The notes: generated by a model from the sequence alone, not told the origin. Positions 7,191-18,684 are shown, counted from the first letter of the stretch. The stretch is DNA of 64,000 bases from an uncultured cyanobacterium (GCA_963740315.1 CAVUDP010000002.1:2208001-2272000); one strand, 5' to 3'. Translations and numbers: made by a program.

Positions 7191-10096
7191 CACTTCCCAC
7201 TCCAGGGAATCATCGGATCTTTGGCAAGCATTTTAGATACTTCGTATGCACCGTAACGGTTGAGGTGACTGGGATCGGAAAAGTAGTCGTTGGCTTTTAA
7301 CCATGTTTGACTTAAGTCTCGGTAAATGAAGTTGGAACGGGTTGCTAAACTCAGCATATATTGTTCAAATTCTTGTTCGTATTTTGTACGTGTTGGATCT
7401 AAATACTCTGCTGTCAGAGGCAAATTTACGAACACTACATTTATATTCCGGGATTCTGTGTAGTTGAGTAATGCTTCTAAGGCTGCGTTTTGCTCGCCGA
7501 CTAATTCAAAGTTTTGATAGTCTCGATCGTAAATACCTCCAACTTTTGGGTGTTTTTTGTAATAAGTATTGGGATCGAAGCGCATGGATAAAGGTAAAAA
7601 CCCATCAAAATCGACTGCGTAATTAGAAACATCTTCTGAATCTGTTAAGTCGTTTGCAGAATCTGCTTTTTTTAAAGCGCCGATTATGGGTAAAGATTTA
7701 TATATTTTGACAAGCTGACTTTTTAATTCGTCGCGTTTGTCGTAGGAACTTGAAACGGTGGCGAATCCTTCATTTAATGTGTCGTTAATAATTTCATAGC
7801 CATTACTTTTTTGTTTAGTAATTTCTACTTCTTTGGCAGTTTTTGGCGAATTGTCTTGGGAATCTTGTCTTGCTAATGATGCTTTTAACGCATACTGATA
7901 ACCACGGGATGCAGCGATCGCATCAAAGGTGTTATCTTCTCTACCGCTATTAAAGGCACGAGAACCATCTGCCCAAATAATTGTACGCGGTAATTCTGCT
8001 GGTTGAAGTACGCGACGAATGATAAAGTCTACAACTTGGGCTGTTGCGCCGTTAATACCGAAGTTAAATACATCAACATCCCGATAGCCTTCGGTTGCTA
8101 AACCTTTAGAAAGTGCGGCTGGATCTATACCTCGTAAAGCACGGGAAGAACCGATAATTAAAACATCGGGTGGCGTACCGTTTTTTGCCAAACGTTGCTT
8201 GTATAACGCCAACTGTTCGTCTAACTGGCGAGAATTAAAACTGGGAAGTTGCGATCGCGCTGCTAGGAGTATGGCAGTTGCTGTTGCTTTACCTCTTGCT
8301 GCTTGATTTTGCTGGGTGAAGCCAGAGCCATTAAATGTTGAGTTGGGGTTGGATTTTTCTTCGGTGGTGTTGGCGAGAAATGCGGTTGTTGTTTCTTCTG
8401 TAGCGACTGGTGGCGATTGAGTCACTGTTGTTGCAGGTGCGCCGTAACTCAAGATTTGACCTAATACCCAATCAGTTTGTAGAGTCAGCAATAATCCTAA
8501 ACTTCCCCAAATTAAGGCAATGCGACGGATTCGGTTGTCTGAGTTTGACTCGGATGGCTGCTTTTCAACAAATAACTGGGTTTTCAAGAACCAATTTTTA
8601 ATGGTTCCACCCCAATCCCGCGCTACAGAGGCAACAAAAGTGTGAACTTCTTCGGCGGTTAAATCCGGACGCAATACGGGTTCGTTCTCGTTGGGTAACA
8701 GTTCCTGTACGTAGGCAGAAGTAGCAGCAAATTCTGGAGTTGCTTCTGGTACTACCCGTTGCCGTTGCTGGAAATCGGTTCCAAACTGCCAAAATGGTTT
8801 TTTGTTACCGGCACGTCTTCCGTAAATCCGCGCTCCTGCAAGCCCTGGCACTTGCAAATGTTTAACAAAATTAATCACTTTGGCAGCTATTCGTTTGCGT
8901 GCGGGGCATACTGGAGCATCGCACATGATGTGTAATAAATCTTGCTTTTGCGCCAAAATTACGCGAATACCGCCAGTTTTCAAACGCCTGTCTAAGTTGG
9001 GATTGAGCAAGCGCTGGAGTAAAAAGGTAATTGCTTCAATATCGCCAACCTTGGCTAATTCCATTGGTGATGTTGCCAAAGCCGGATGTTCTTTAGCTGG
9101 CAAAGACTGCCAATCAATCCAGGAGGGTTGACTATCCGTTGCGGTTTGTTGTCCGTAAATTGCTGCGGATAATAACCCTTGAGGGGCGATCGCTTCTATA
9201 AGAGGAATAATTTTATCCAAACATAATGTTTTGTCAGGAATTACTTGTTCTTCGGAGGATTTAGAGGCTGGCGTACAAAATATATGTAGCGTTGAATCTT
9301 GTAGAGAAGCCTGTACCTCTACCGATGAATTGGCAAATTTAATATTTAAAAGCCTGACAATTGCTTGGACATCTCCCCATCGCGCCCATTCTTTGAGCAT
9401 TACCTCTGGGGGTGTCAAATCAATCAGCAGCAGCCAATCGGGTTGGGTTTCGCCGACAACTTGTGTCGAAATAACTGCATCTTTGTAGTTCAAGAGGTTA
9501 AGATTTCTTAACTTAGTTGCTACAGGTTCCGCAATTAAGGACGGGTCTGGCGTATAATTCGACTGACAAAAAACCCACAAACGATTTTTGCGATCGGCAA
9601 TCTTAGCAGCTTTTTGATTTTTAACTTTGACTTGAACTGCGACACCTAAAGTACTCAGCGTTTCGCTAAGATAGCGAGCGATCGCGATGGGATCTCCCTG
9701 ACGGGCTAAACTTTCATTAGATAAAATTAGCGCTCCACCAGAAGACGTATCCGCCCTTAAAAGTCCGAGTTTTACTTCCTCTAAGTGCTTGTCAAGTTGA
9801 TTTAAGTAAACCTTATGGCACCATTCGGGACGTTTTTCGGTTTTTTTCTTTCCGTAAACGAAAACTTGGTATATTGAAGGTTGTTCGCTTTTTGTTAAAG
9901 CATCTAAATTAGTTTGCTGTAATGCTTTAAGCAAATCAGATAAAGTGTTCCAACGGGGAGGACTTTCATGTGATTCGCAAAGAATATGCAGGTCGTTTCC
10001 TCGCAACCGGACTTTTACCCCTAAAGAGTTTATTCCTGTTGCTTGGCTTACCCACTGTGCTAATGATTGTTGGGTTTCTAAAAAGGCTGTTTTCAT
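7190..10096 (-). CDS. Large membrane-anchored protein with repeated N-terminal modules and a C-terminal SGNH-like (DUF1574-like) domain
   Basis: ORF is open to 10219 but the first ATG is at 10096; single TM segment (IALIWGSLGLLL); C-terminal IIGSSRA, FNFGING and FSDPSHLN (DxxH) blocks; co-oriented upstream of the MBOAT gene. Confidence 0.75.
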   Translation of the reverse strand: MKTAFLETQQSLAQWVSQATGINSLGVKVRLRGNDLHILCESHESPPRWNTLSDLLKALQQTNLDALTKSEQPSIYQVFVYGKKKTEKRPEWCHKVYLNQLDKHLEEVKLGLLRADTSSGGALILSNESLARQGDPIAIARYLSETLSTLGVAVQVKVKNQKAAKIADRKNRLWVFCQSNYTPDPSLIAEPVATKLRNLNLLNYKDAVISTQVVGETQPDWLLLIDLTPPEVMLKEWARWGDVQAIVRLLNIKFANSSVEVQASLQDSTLHIFCTPASKSSEEQVIPDKTLCLDKIIPLIEAIAPQGLLSAAIYGQQTATDSQPSWIDWQSLPAKEHPALATSPMELAKVGDIEAITFLLQRLLNPNLDRRLKTGGIRVILAQKQDLLHIMCDAPVCPARKRIAAKVINFVKHLQVPGLAGARIYGRRAGNKKPFWQFGTDFQQRQRVVPEATPEFAATSAYVQELLPNENEPVLRPDLTAEEVHTFVASVARDWGGTIKNWFLKTQLFVEKQPSESNSDNRIRRIALIWGSLGLLLTLQTDWVLGQILSYGAPATTVTQSPPVATEETTTAFLANTTEEKSNPNSTFNGSGFTQQNQAARGKATATAILLAARSQLPSFNSRQLDEQLALYKQRLAKNGTPPDVLIIGSSRALRGIDPAALSKGLATEGYRDVDVFNFGINGATAQVVDFIIRRVLQPAELPRTIIWADGSRAFNSGREDNTFDAIAASRGYQYALKASLARQDSQDNSPKTAKEVEITKQKSNGYEIINDTLNEGFATVSSSYDKRDELKSQLVKIYKSLPIIGALKKADSANDLTDSEDVSNYAVDFDGFLPLSMRFDPNTYYKKHPKVGGIYDRDYQNFELVGEQNAALEALLNYTESRNINVVFVNLPLTAEYLDPTRTKYEQEFEQYMLSLATRSNFIYRDLSQTWLKANDYFSDPSHLNRYGAYEVSKMLAKDPMIPWSGK

Positions 10097-10350
10097 CGGC
10101 AGTTGACGAAAAGGAATTGAGCGGATGCGGTGGATGTTGGCGACAACTAGTAAACTAGAATCATCGGATCGTTGAGCTTTAAAACTTTTTTGTCGCACTG
10201 AAGGCGATTTTGGGAGCAAGTTTTTAGCTTTTATTCGTTAACTAACTGATTTAATTAGCCCATATTATCTTTGTAAAGATACTTATAGTTTTCCGTTTAT
10301 AAAGTTTTGTGTTTTATTTAATGTATCTTACTGCATCGTAAAAAATATCT

Positions 10351-10590
10351 ATGTCATCTGAATCTGTTAATTCTAAATCATCTAAAGCCGAATTAAATTT
10401 GGGTTTATTCTCAATTCCCCAGTCTACGATCTTGCAAGCGGGTACCGTTTCTGTCTTAACATTAGTGTTGGCAGAAAAAGCCATTCGCGAAGCACTCATA
10501 ACCGTAGGACAAGCCAGCGAAGAATTATTTCGAGGCGAACGTCTACCGTTACTTGATTTTCCCACTTCAAATTCTGAAAACAAAGACTAA
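10351..10590 (+). CDS. Small hypothetical protein upstream of ppc
   Basis: 79 aa ATG ORF with the motif GQASEELFRGERLP, which I recall from small cyanobacterial proteins. Confidence 0.7.
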   Translation: MSSESVNSKSSKAELNLGLFSIPQSTILQAGTVSVLTLVLAEKAIREALITVGQASEELFRGERLPLLDFPTSNSENKD

Positions 10591-10698
10591 AACCCAGTAT
10601 AAGAAGTGTTAACCCATCTTGGGATAAATTTCAGGTAATGTGGGTGCAGAACCACGAAAAAATAATAAATAGTAATCTGCTCTCTTACCTATTAGGAT

Positions 10699-13600
10699 AT
10701 GAGTACCGTTTTATACCCTCATGCTCAGGCTGTAAATATCTACCCCGCATCAGATTTGTTTTTGCGCCATCGTTTACAAATCGTCGAGGAAGTGTGGGAA
10801 TTGGTTCTCCGCGAAGAATGCGGACAACAGATGGTAGATCTCCTCAAACAGTTACGCGATTTATGTTCTCCGGAAGGACAAGCAACCGATAACCAAGTTG
10901 CCCCGGTATCTAGCTTAATTGAACAATTGAGCATCAATGAAGCAATTAGGGCGGCTCGTGGATTTGCTTTGTATTTCCAGTTGATCAACATCGTAGAACA
11001 GGATTACGAACAACAGCAGCAATTGACTCGCTACGAAGAAAATGAGGAAGTTGGAGACAAAGAAACTTTACCTAAAATTATTTATTCGAGCAATCAACAA
11101 GTAGAAGACGTTCACCTCAACAACGGGGTTAATGCAGATTTATTAGCAAAAAGCTGGCAAGCCAAAGCCAATTCAAAAGATAAAGGTACATTTGCCGAAT
11201 TATTTCCCAAGTTATTTAAACTAAACGTACCACCGGCTCAAATTCAACGCTTGATTGCACAATTGGACGTGCGATTAGTGTTTACAGCTCACCCAACTGA
11301 GATTGTCCGTCCCACCATCCGAGACAAACAGCGGCGAGTAGTAAATTTACTGCAAAAACTAGATACATCCGAAAAGCGTGGCAATATTAGTGCGGTCGGA
11401 TATTCTTGGGAAACAACCCAAATTCGCAATCAATTACTCGAAGAGATTCGTTTATGGTGGCGTACCGACGAACTGCATCAGTTTAAACCCAGCGTACTTG
11501 ATGAAGTAGATTATGCGCTGCACTACTTCAAAGAAGTACTGTTTGATGCTACTCCCCAACTCTACGAGCGTCTCAAGCACGCTTTAAATACGACCTTTTC
11601 CAGACTAGAGCCACCTTCTAAAAGCTTTTGTCAATTTGGTTCTTGGGTAGGTGCCGATCGCGACGGAAATCCATCGGTAACGCCGGAAATAACTTGGCAG
11701 ACGGCTTGCTATCAACGCCATATGGTGTTAGAAAAATACATCGAATCCGCTAAAAGTTTAATTGAATTATTAAGCGTATCGCTGCACTGGAGCGATGTGC
11801 TACCGGACTTATTAGAATCGCTGGAAATCGAACAGTCCCAGATGAGCGAAGTTTACGATGCATTAGCTTTACGCTATCGTCAAGAACCTTATCGGTTGAA
11901 ACTTGCTTATGTAGTCAAGCGATTGGAAAATACGCGCGATCGCAATTTAGCTTTGCAGAAACGCGAGATTATCAAAGACGACGAAGCACCATTTTATGGT
12001 GACAAAGATGAATTTTTAACCGATTTGAGATTAATTCAACGTAACTTGTCAGAAACGGGTTTAAAGTGTCAGCAATTAGAAAATCTTCTCACTCAAGTTG
12101 AAATTTTTGGCTTTAATTTGACCCAATTAGATATTCGGCAAGAATCAACTCGCCATAGCGATGCGATCGGCGAAATATTAGAATATTTAGGGATATTAGA
12201 GACAAAATACGACGACCTAACAGAAGATGAGAAGATTGCTTGGTTAGTAGTCGAACTGCAAACCAGAAGACCTTTAATCCCCGCGCAATTACCGTTTGGA
12301 GATAAAACCAACGAAATTGTTTCAACGATGCGCTTAGTGCGATCGCTGCAACAAGAATTTGATTGCAACATCTGTCAAACTTATATTATCAGTATGTGTT
12401 GCTCCGTCAGCGACGTACTAGAAGTATTGCTATTAGCTAAAGAAGCAGGACTTTACGACCCCGGAACCGCTGTAGGTACGATCCGAGTAGTCCCCTTATT
12501 TGAAACAGTCGAAGATTTACAGCGATCGAGACAAGTGATGAAAGACTTGTTTTCCCTTCCTTTGTATCGCGCCTTGCTTGCGGGAGGTTATGCAGCTTAT
12601 GAGGAGGAGATAAAGGGACAAGGGGACGAGACAAGGGGACAAGATTCTACCTTAAATCCCAACTTACAGGAAATAATGTTGGGATATTCCGACAGTAATA
12701 AAGATTCCGGTTTTCTGAGCAGTAATTGGGAGATTCACAAAGCCCAGAAATCATTGCAGCAAATCGCCGAAGAATACGGCTTAAGCGTGCGAATATTCCA
12801 CGGACGAGGTGGTTCCGTAGGACGCGGTGGAGGTCCAGCTTACGAGGCGATTTTGGCTCAACCGGGTAAAAGTATCAACGGACGGATCAAAATTACCGAA
12901 CAAGGAGAAGTTCTAGCTTCCAAATACTCCCTACCAGATTTAGCGCTCTACAATCTCGAAACCATCACCACCGCCGTAATTCAAGCCAGTTTATTACGCG
13001 CCGGGTTTGACGACATCGAACCCTGGAACGAAATCATGGAAGAATTAGCAGCGCGATCGCGTACCCACTATCGAGATTTAATCTACGAGCAGCCAGATTT
13101 TATCGACTTTTTCAATCAAGTTACTCCCATCGAAGAAATTAGTCAGTTACAAATCAGTTCTCGCCCCGCTCGTCGCCCATCGGGGAAAAAAGGTTTAAGC
13201 AGCTTGCGGGCAATTCCTTGGGTATTTAGCTGGACGCAAACCCGATTTTTGCTGCCTGCATGGTATGGAGTCGGTACCGCTTTGCAAGAATTTATCAACG
13301 AAGCCCCCGACGACCACATACAGCTACTACAATGCTTTTACAGAAAGTGGCCATTTTTCAAAATGGTGATTTCCAAGGTAGAAATGACCTTGGCAAAAGT
13401 CGATTTACAAATGGCGCGACACTATGTAGAGGAACTATCCAAACCTGAAGATAAGCACCGCTTTTACCAGGTATTTAATCAAATTTCCAGCGAATATTAC
13501 CTGACAAAAAACTTAGTCTTAGGAATCACTGGCAACGAAAGACTGTTGGATGGAGATCCAGTTTTACAGCGTTCGGTACAGTTGAGAAATGGTACTATTG

Positions 13601-13764
13601 TACCTCTAGGATTTATCCAGGTATCCTTACTCAAACGTTTACGCAACAGTAAAACCAACGCTTCCTCTGGCGTAATTCATTCACGTTACAGCAAAGGAGA
13701 ATTACTCCGAGGTGCGTTGTTAACCATTAACGGAATTGCCGCTGGGATGAGAAATACTGGTTAA
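10699..13764 (+). CDS. ppc: Phosphoenolpyruvate carboxylase
   Basis: [42 protein letters not shown] and RAIPWVFSW motifs and the C-terminal MRNTG. Confidence 0.99.
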   Translation: MSTVLYPHAQAVNIYPASDLFLRHRLQIVEEVWELVLREECGQQMVDLLKQLRDLCSPEGQATDNQVAPVSSLIEQLSINEAIRAARGFALYFQLINIVEQDYEQQQQLTRYEENEEVGDKETLPKIIYSSNQQVEDVHLNNGVNADLLAKSWQAKANSKDKGTFAELFPKLFKLNVPPAQIQRLIAQLDVRLVFTAHPTEIVRPTIRDKQRRVVNLLQKLDTSEKRGNISAVGYSWETTQIRNQLLEEIRLWWRTDELHQFKPSVLDEVDYALHYFKEVLFDATPQLYERLKHALNTTFSRLEPPSKSFCQFGSWVGADRDGNPSVTPEITWQTACYQRHMVLEKYIESAKSLIELLSVSLHWSDVLPDLLESLEIEQSQMSEVYDALALRYRQEPYRLKLAYVVKRLENTRDRNLALQKREIIKDDEAPFYGDKDEFLTDLRLIQRNLSETGLKCQQLENLLTQVEIFGFNLTQLDIRQESTRHSDAIGEILEYLGILETKYDDLTEDEKIAWLVVELQTRRPLIPAQLPFGDKTNEIVSTMRLVRSLQQEFDCNICQTYIISMCCSVSDVLEVLLLAKEAGLYDPGTAVGTIRVVPLFETVEDLQRSRQVMKDLFSLPLYRALLAGGYAAYEEEIKGQGDETRGQDSTLNPNLQEIMLGYSDSNKDSGFLSSNWEIHKAQKSLQQIAEEYGLSVRIFHGRGGSVGRGGGPAYEAILAQPGKSINGRIKITEQGEVLASKYSLPDLALYNLETITTAVIQASLLRAGFDDIEPWNEIMEELAARSRTHYRDLIYEQPDFIDFFNQVTPIEEISQLQISSRPARRPSGKKGLSSLRAIPWVFSWTQTRFLLPAWYGVGTALQEFINEAPDDHIQLLQCFYRKWPFFKMVISKVEMTLAKVDLQMARHYVEELSKPEDKHRFYQVFNQISSEYYLTKNLVLGITGNERLLDGDPVLQRSVQLRNGTIVPLGFIQVSLLKRLRNSKTNASSGVIHSRYSKGELLRGALLTINGIAAGMRNTG

Positions 13765-13855
13765 TTGGGCATAGGGGATTATCTCTTAAGATCCCTCCTT
13801 TTTATGTCCAAGTGAAAACCACTATAGATGCGGACACTACCGGAATTAATTGGAA

Positions 13856-14240
13856 CTACTAGTACATTTAATTAGTTTTGATAGGTTCGTAGTAAGGGCT
13901 TTAGCGCCTCCGGATTGGGCTAAAGCCCTTACTACAAACCTATCAGAATTAATCAAACGCACTACTAGTACTCTTTTTTATCAATTTTGAAGGGTAAAAA
14001 GGTTCGTAGTAAGGACTTGGGTCCCTCCGGATTTGGTGCTAAAGCCCTTACTACAAACCTATCAGAATTAATCAAACGCACTACTAGTAGTCGATCGCAT
14101 TAAATATGACTGGTTCTACCTGCCGATTTTAGTTCCAAATCCTCAGAGTTAAAACTCTTACTACGAACCTTTGTTTTGATGGGTTCGTTTTTCCCATTCA
14201 CCGTAGGAGACTATTCTGTGCTACGTCTCTACAACCCATT
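13856..14240. repeat. Tandem stack of roughly 110-120 bp MITE/REP-like units joined at CTAG
   Basis: Each unit holds the hairpin GGTTCGTAGTAAGG..TTAG / CTAAAGCCCTTACTACAAACC; the tail CTAAAGCCCTTACTACAAACCTATCAGAATTAATCAAACGCACTACTAGTA is exactly repeated. Confidence 0.85.
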
Positions 14241-14405
14241 AAAAACTCCGACTTCTAAAATTAGGTTAGAAATCGGAGAATTATGAATTATTCTTTTGTA
14301 TTCGGTATTTTAATAGCTAAGGTGCTAAGAGCAGGTTTGATGTTTTTAGCTACTAATTACCAGAAAAATTGGATTTACCGGCTTCAAGATTCACGCCAAA
14401 TCAAT

Positions 14406-14861
14406 CTAATCCCAATCTGGAATATTTAAATCTTCGCCACCAACACCGATTCCTGTATGGAATATTTCAGCATCAGCGATATTAATATCTTCCATCGATG
14501 CCTCGTACACGTTGGAGTCGTAAATCTTAGCGTTAGCTAAATTGGCATCATTCATATTAGCTTGCTTGAAATTGACGTTTGTCAAAAACGCCGAACTTAG
14601 CTTAGCGCCTTCTAAATTTGCACGAGTCAAGTCAGCACCTTCAAGATTCGCGTGTTCGAGGTTTGCTCCTTGAAGATTCGCTCCTCTCAAATCGGCACCA
14701 ATTAAATGCGAGCCGCGTAGATTTGCTCCTGACAAGTCACAAGCCACGCATTCCCCAGTCTTAAGCAGCTTTTGTACGTGCTGCGGATTTTCAGCTTTTA
14801 CCAAGCTAGCGAAAAAGAGGGGAGCCACTATAGTTAAAGCAGCCAAAAATCTCTTAATCAT
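14406..14861 (-). CDS. Pentapeptide repeat protein with signal peptide
   Basis: N-terminal signal ending VKA/EN, a CxxC, then A(D/N)LxG repeats. Confidence 0.95.
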   Translation of the reverse strand: MIKRFLAALTIVAPLFFASLVKAENPQHVQKLLKTGECVACDLSGANLRGSHLIGADLRGANLQGANLEHANLEGADLTRANLEGAKLSSAFLTNVNFKQANMNDANLANAKIYDSNVYEASMEDINIADAEIFHTGIGVGGEDLNIPDWD

Positions 14862-15283
14862 AATAATTATCCCTTTCCAATCTAATATCTTCCGTTCATT
14901 GCCTCACTTCTCTATTATCTCATTAAATCGCTGGAGTATAAGGATTAACGACAAAGCTTCACAGTGAGAATCATTATCATCTTCCGTCACAAGCAGACAA
15001 ATAATTGATTTAACTTAATACTCTCAAGGTTTTCAGCGATTCCTGAATCGGGACAATTCTGGATTTGTTGATGTTAAGTTTTGTTAAGATGCTTGTTTAA
15101 TTTGTATCATTTAATTTTTATTTACTAGAAGATTTACATAAGAAAAATTTCAAAGTTAAAGATATACGGGGAATATAGGAACAAAATTCCAATCAACTGA
15201 GTAATATATATGTCTTAGTTTGACCTGTATTTTTAAAATTCCCCATACCGGCATTATCAAGAAACTGGGATAATTAGATTAAA

Positions 15284-16135
15284 TCAAGTAGCCAGAAATT
15301 CTCGCATATACTGATTTACTAACTGTGGCTGTTCTTGCTGTACCCAGTGGCTGCAATTGGGAATATATTTAATTTGGAAGTCTTTGACGTAGGCTTCGGT
15401 ACCGTAAGTTAATTCTTTTCCTAATGCGGTATCTTCTTCACCCCAAATCATCAAAGTTGGAACTTCAAGAATGCTCCAGTTTTGATTGAACATTTGCGGG
15501 CTAAAAATATTCCGGTAGTAGTTTATCATCGCCGTTAATGCTCCGCGTTTAGCGCCAGCGTCTTTATAAGCATCAATATCTTCTTTACTGAAAGCACTTT
15601 TATTAATTGCCATACCTTTAAAAGCATTTTCAATAAATTGATAGTCTTTAGCTTGAAGAAATAATTCCGGAATTACGGGTAGTTGGAAAAGGAACATATA
15701 CCAGCTACGCAATAATTGTTGAGGAGTTCGTAAACCTTGAGACAATTTAGCGGGATGGGGGCAATTCATAATAATTAATTTTTCTACCATTTCCGGGTGA
15801 GTGTAAGCAAAATTCCAAGCAATTGCTCCTCCCCAATCGTGCGCTACCAGCACGCATTTTTCGTATCCCAATCCGCGAATCATACCTTCTACATCTCGGA
15901 TTAATTCCTTAATTACATAAGCCGACTGCTCGCGAGGTTTTTCGCTATCGTTGTAACCGCGTAAATCTGGCGCAACTACTTTAAAATCTGAGGCAAATTC
16001 TGGAATTTGATATCGCCACGAGTACCAAAACTCCGGAAACCCGTGCAGCATTAACATTAAAGGACCACTTCCTTGAGTTACGTAGTGGAGGTTTACCCCA
16101 TTAGTGGTGATGCGATCGTGTTGCCAAGTTTCCAT
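15284..16135 (-). CDS. Alpha/beta hydrolase, epoxide hydrolase-like
   Basis: HGFPE, DLRGY, HDWGG (Asp nucleophile), NYYRN and SHWVQQE motifs. Confidence 0.93.
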   Translation of the reverse strand: METWQHDRITTNGVNLHYVTQGSGPLMLMLHGFPEFWYSWRYQIPEFASDFKVVAPDLRGYNDSEKPREQSAYVIKELIRDVEGMIRGLGYEKCVLVAHDWGGAIAWNFAYTHPEMVEKLIIMNCPHPAKLSQGLRTPQQLLRSWYMFLFQLPVIPELFLQAKDYQFIENAFKGMAINKSAFSKEDIDAYKDAGAKRGALTAMINYYRNIFSPQMFNQNWSILEVPTLMIWGEEDTALGKELTYGTEAYVKDFQIKYIPNCSHWVQQEQPQLVNQYMREFLAT

Positions 16136-16167
16136 AATATTTAAGAGAGACTATTTGCTTATATTAC

Positions 16168-16251
16168 TGGGAGATGGGGAGACAAGGGGACAAGGAGATG
16201 GGGGGAGGGGGAGATGGGGAGTTAGGAGTTGGGAGTTGGGAGTTGGGAGTT
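16168..16251. repeat. STRR mix (GGGGAGAT/GGGGACAA and GGGAGTT units)
   Basis: Short tandem units directly visible. Confidence 0.85.
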
Positions 16252-16459
16252 ATTAATATTGTTCACTGCTCACTGTTAATTGCTTGCTACTTATTCATAA
16301 CCTCTAAATTCTTGACTTTAAATTCAAACTTTTTTAACTCTTAACTCTTAACTTCTCACTCCTAACTATAAAATCTCTATATATTAGATTGTTCTAGAGA
16401 TAGATGTGTATAGTTGTTTTTCGTGGGTAGATAAATAATAACTATTATTTATTAAAACT

Positions 16460-17278
16460 ATGACGCAACAAATATCACACCAACCTGCTGCGTGGATTGA
16501 GCGATTGGCAAGGTTTGGTTATGCTTCAAAAGGAGCGGTATACTTTCTTGTTGGATTGCTGGCTGTACAGGCGGCTTTTGGTAGGGGAGGGAAAAAAACA
16601 GATACGGAAGGAGCTTTGAAAACTTTAGTACAGCAGCCTTTTGGTCAAGTTTTACTAGGTTTGGTTGCGATCGGTTTAATGGGTTATGTGCTATGGCGTT
16701 TTGTTGAAGCAATTAACGATCCGGAAAATAAAGGCACCGATCTTAAAGGGATAGCAACAAGACTTAGTTATTTAGCGAATGGTTTGGCTTATGCTGGTTT
16801 GGCTTGGACTGCGGTACAAATTATTATGGGAAGTGCAACTAGTGATGGGGGCGATAGTAAAAAAGATTGGACTGCTCGCTTGCTAAATCAACCTTTCGGA
16901 CAATGGTTGGTAGGGACTATTGGTGTGGGTGTAATTGCTTTCGGATTTTATTATTTATATAAAGCTTTTACCGCTAAATTCCAGAGAAAATTGGATTTAT
17001 CGGAATTAAGTAATGTTGAGCGTAAATGGGTTATAGCCATTTGTAGGTTTGGTTTGGCTGCAAGAAGTATTGTATTCTTTTTAATTGGTTGGTTTGTTAT
17101 TGAAGCGGCATATATGGCTCAAGCAAGTCAAGTTGGTGGACTCGATCAAGCATTGGAAGCTTTATCAGATCAGCCTTACGGACCTTGGTTGCTGACGGTT
17201 GTGGCTTTGGGTTTGATGGCTTATGGCGTATATATGATCGTTCAAGCCCGGTACCGTCGCCTTAACCCAAATATGTAA
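16460..17278 (+). CDS. DUF1206-type membrane protein
   Basis: ARFGYASKGAVY start and three internal repeats ending QP(F/Y)G-x-x-L. Confidence 0.85.
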   Translation: MTQQISHQPAAWIERLARFGYASKGAVYFLVGLLAVQAAFGRGGKKTDTEGALKTLVQQPFGQVLLGLVAIGLMGYVLWRFVEAINDPENKGTDLKGIATRLSYLANGLAYAGLAWTAVQIIMGSATSDGGDSKKDWTARLLNQPFGQWLVGTIGVGVIAFGFYYLYKAFTAKFQRKLDLSELSNVERKWVIAICRFGLAARSIVFFLIGWFVIEAAYMAQASQVGGLDQALEALSDQPYGPWLLTVVALGLMAYGVYMIVQARYRRLNPNM

Positions 17279-17437
17279 TGCGGGCATTTGCTTTGATTTA
17301 TGTTAGCGACAGCTTGGTGCAGCCATAATGATTAGTTGAGATTACGAATAGGGAACAGAAAACGGGGAATATAAAGCGTAACTCAACGAAAATTTAAACT
17401 AAGAATTATTCCTATATCAATTCCTATATTATCTAAA

Positions 17438-18586
17438 ATGTCAGTTACTGAAATACGCGGCGTATGGCTAACTACTACAGCTAGTGAAGTATTTGATTCT
17501 CGCGAAAATATTGTCGAAGCAATGGATTTTATTGCTGAAACGGGATTTAATGTAGTGTTTCCGGTGGTGTGGAATAAAGCTGCAACGCAATTTCCCTCTG
17601 GGGTAATGCAGAAAAATTTCGGTGTGGAAATCAATCCGCAATATCGGGGAAGGGATGTTTTAGCGGAAGTAATTACTGAAGCGCATCGGGTGGGATTAAA
17701 AGTAATTCCTTGGTTTGAATATGGTTTTGCTAGTTCTTATAATTCTAATGGAGGAATGTTACTGGCGAAAAAACCACAGTGGGCTGCACGAGACTGTAAA
17801 GGTAATTTGCTGAATAAAAATGGTTTTGAATGGCTGAATGCTCTCGATCGCGAAGTTCAAGATTTTTTATTAAGTTTAATACTCGAAGTTGTTAATAACT
17901 ATGATGTAGACGGCATCCAAGGGGACGATCGCTTGCCCGCACTACCATGTGAAGGTGGTTATGACGAAGGCACTATACAACGATATCAGCTTCAATTCGG
18001 TAAAAAACCACCGCAAAATGTTAAGGATAGTCAATGGTTGCAGTGGCGTGCTGATATTTTGACCGATTTTTTAGCGCGTTTATATAAAGAAGTCAAAGCT
18101 GTAAATAATAATTTATTGGTATCAATGGCTCCGAATATTCACGATTGGGCATTGAAAGAATATTTACAAGATTCGCAGACATGGTTAGAAAAAGGCTTAG
18201 TAGATATTATTCACCCCCAGATTTATCGACGCGATTTTAATAGTTATAAATCTATTGTTGATAAGTTAGTAAAAGAGCAGTTTACGGATAAGACGCTACA
18301 CAAAGTTGCACCGGGGGTGTTAATGAAATTGGGTTCTTATAATATAAATGCTGATTATTTAGTGAAGGTACTTGAATACAATCGTGCTTGCGGTATTCGT
18401 GGGGAGGTATTTTTCTTTTACGAAGGTTTACGAGATAATAATAATGCTGCTGCGGAGGTGTTGCGGAAAGGTTATTATGCGAAATCGGCTGCTTTTCCTT
18501 CTTTGCAAGATTTGAATCGAGGCAATGGCAGTAGGAAGGAAGTAGTAAAAAAGCGAGGTTTTCAGGTGTTTAAAAATTGGTTTTGA
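17438..18586 (+). CDS. Glycosyl hydrolase-like 10 (YddW/DigH-like)
   Basis: EIRGVWL, GLKVIPWFEYGF, YDVDGIQGDD and PQIYR motifs. Confidence 0.88.
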   Translation: MSVTEIRGVWLTTTASEVFDSRENIVEAMDFIAETGFNVVFPVVWNKAATQFPSGVMQKNFGVEINPQYRGRDVLAEVITEAHRVGLKVIPWFEYGFASSYNSNGGMLLAKKPQWAARDCKGNLLNKNGFEWLNALDREVQDFLLSLILEVVNNYDVDGIQGDDRLPALPCEGGYDEGTIQRYQLQFGKKPPQNVKDSQWLQWRADILTDFLARLYKEVKAVNNNLLVSMAPNIHDWALKEYLQDSQTWLEKGLVDIIHPQIYRRDFNSYKSIVDKLVKEQFTDKTLHKVAPGVLMKLGSYNINADYLVKVLEYNRACGIRGEVFFFYEGLRDNNNAAAEVLRKGYYAKSAAFPSLQDLNRGNGSRKEVVKKRGFQVFKNWF

Positions 18587-18684
18587 TGAATAAATGATTT
18601 AAAAAACCTTACTAGACACAGAGAACACTGAGAAAGAAATTACAGAGGAAATTCTCATAAAAGCGAACTAAATGAAGATTATTT

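Noticed and set aside
7024..7236. ORFs translating as PISPSPHL / GRWGDGEM / PLSPCPLV (also 42083, 46936, 56889, 56892, 63158-63418)
   Set aside because: They are read-throughs of stop-free STRR tracts, not genes
10097..10219. N-terminal extension of the 1009-aa ORF from a TTG start
   Set aside because: The extension does not look structured, so the ATG at 10096 is preferred; this is not proven
13856..14240. Possible CRISPR array (also 42855-43182)
   Set aside because: Units are 110-120 bp self-complementary elements with related interiors, not short repeats with unique spacers; no cas genes in the window
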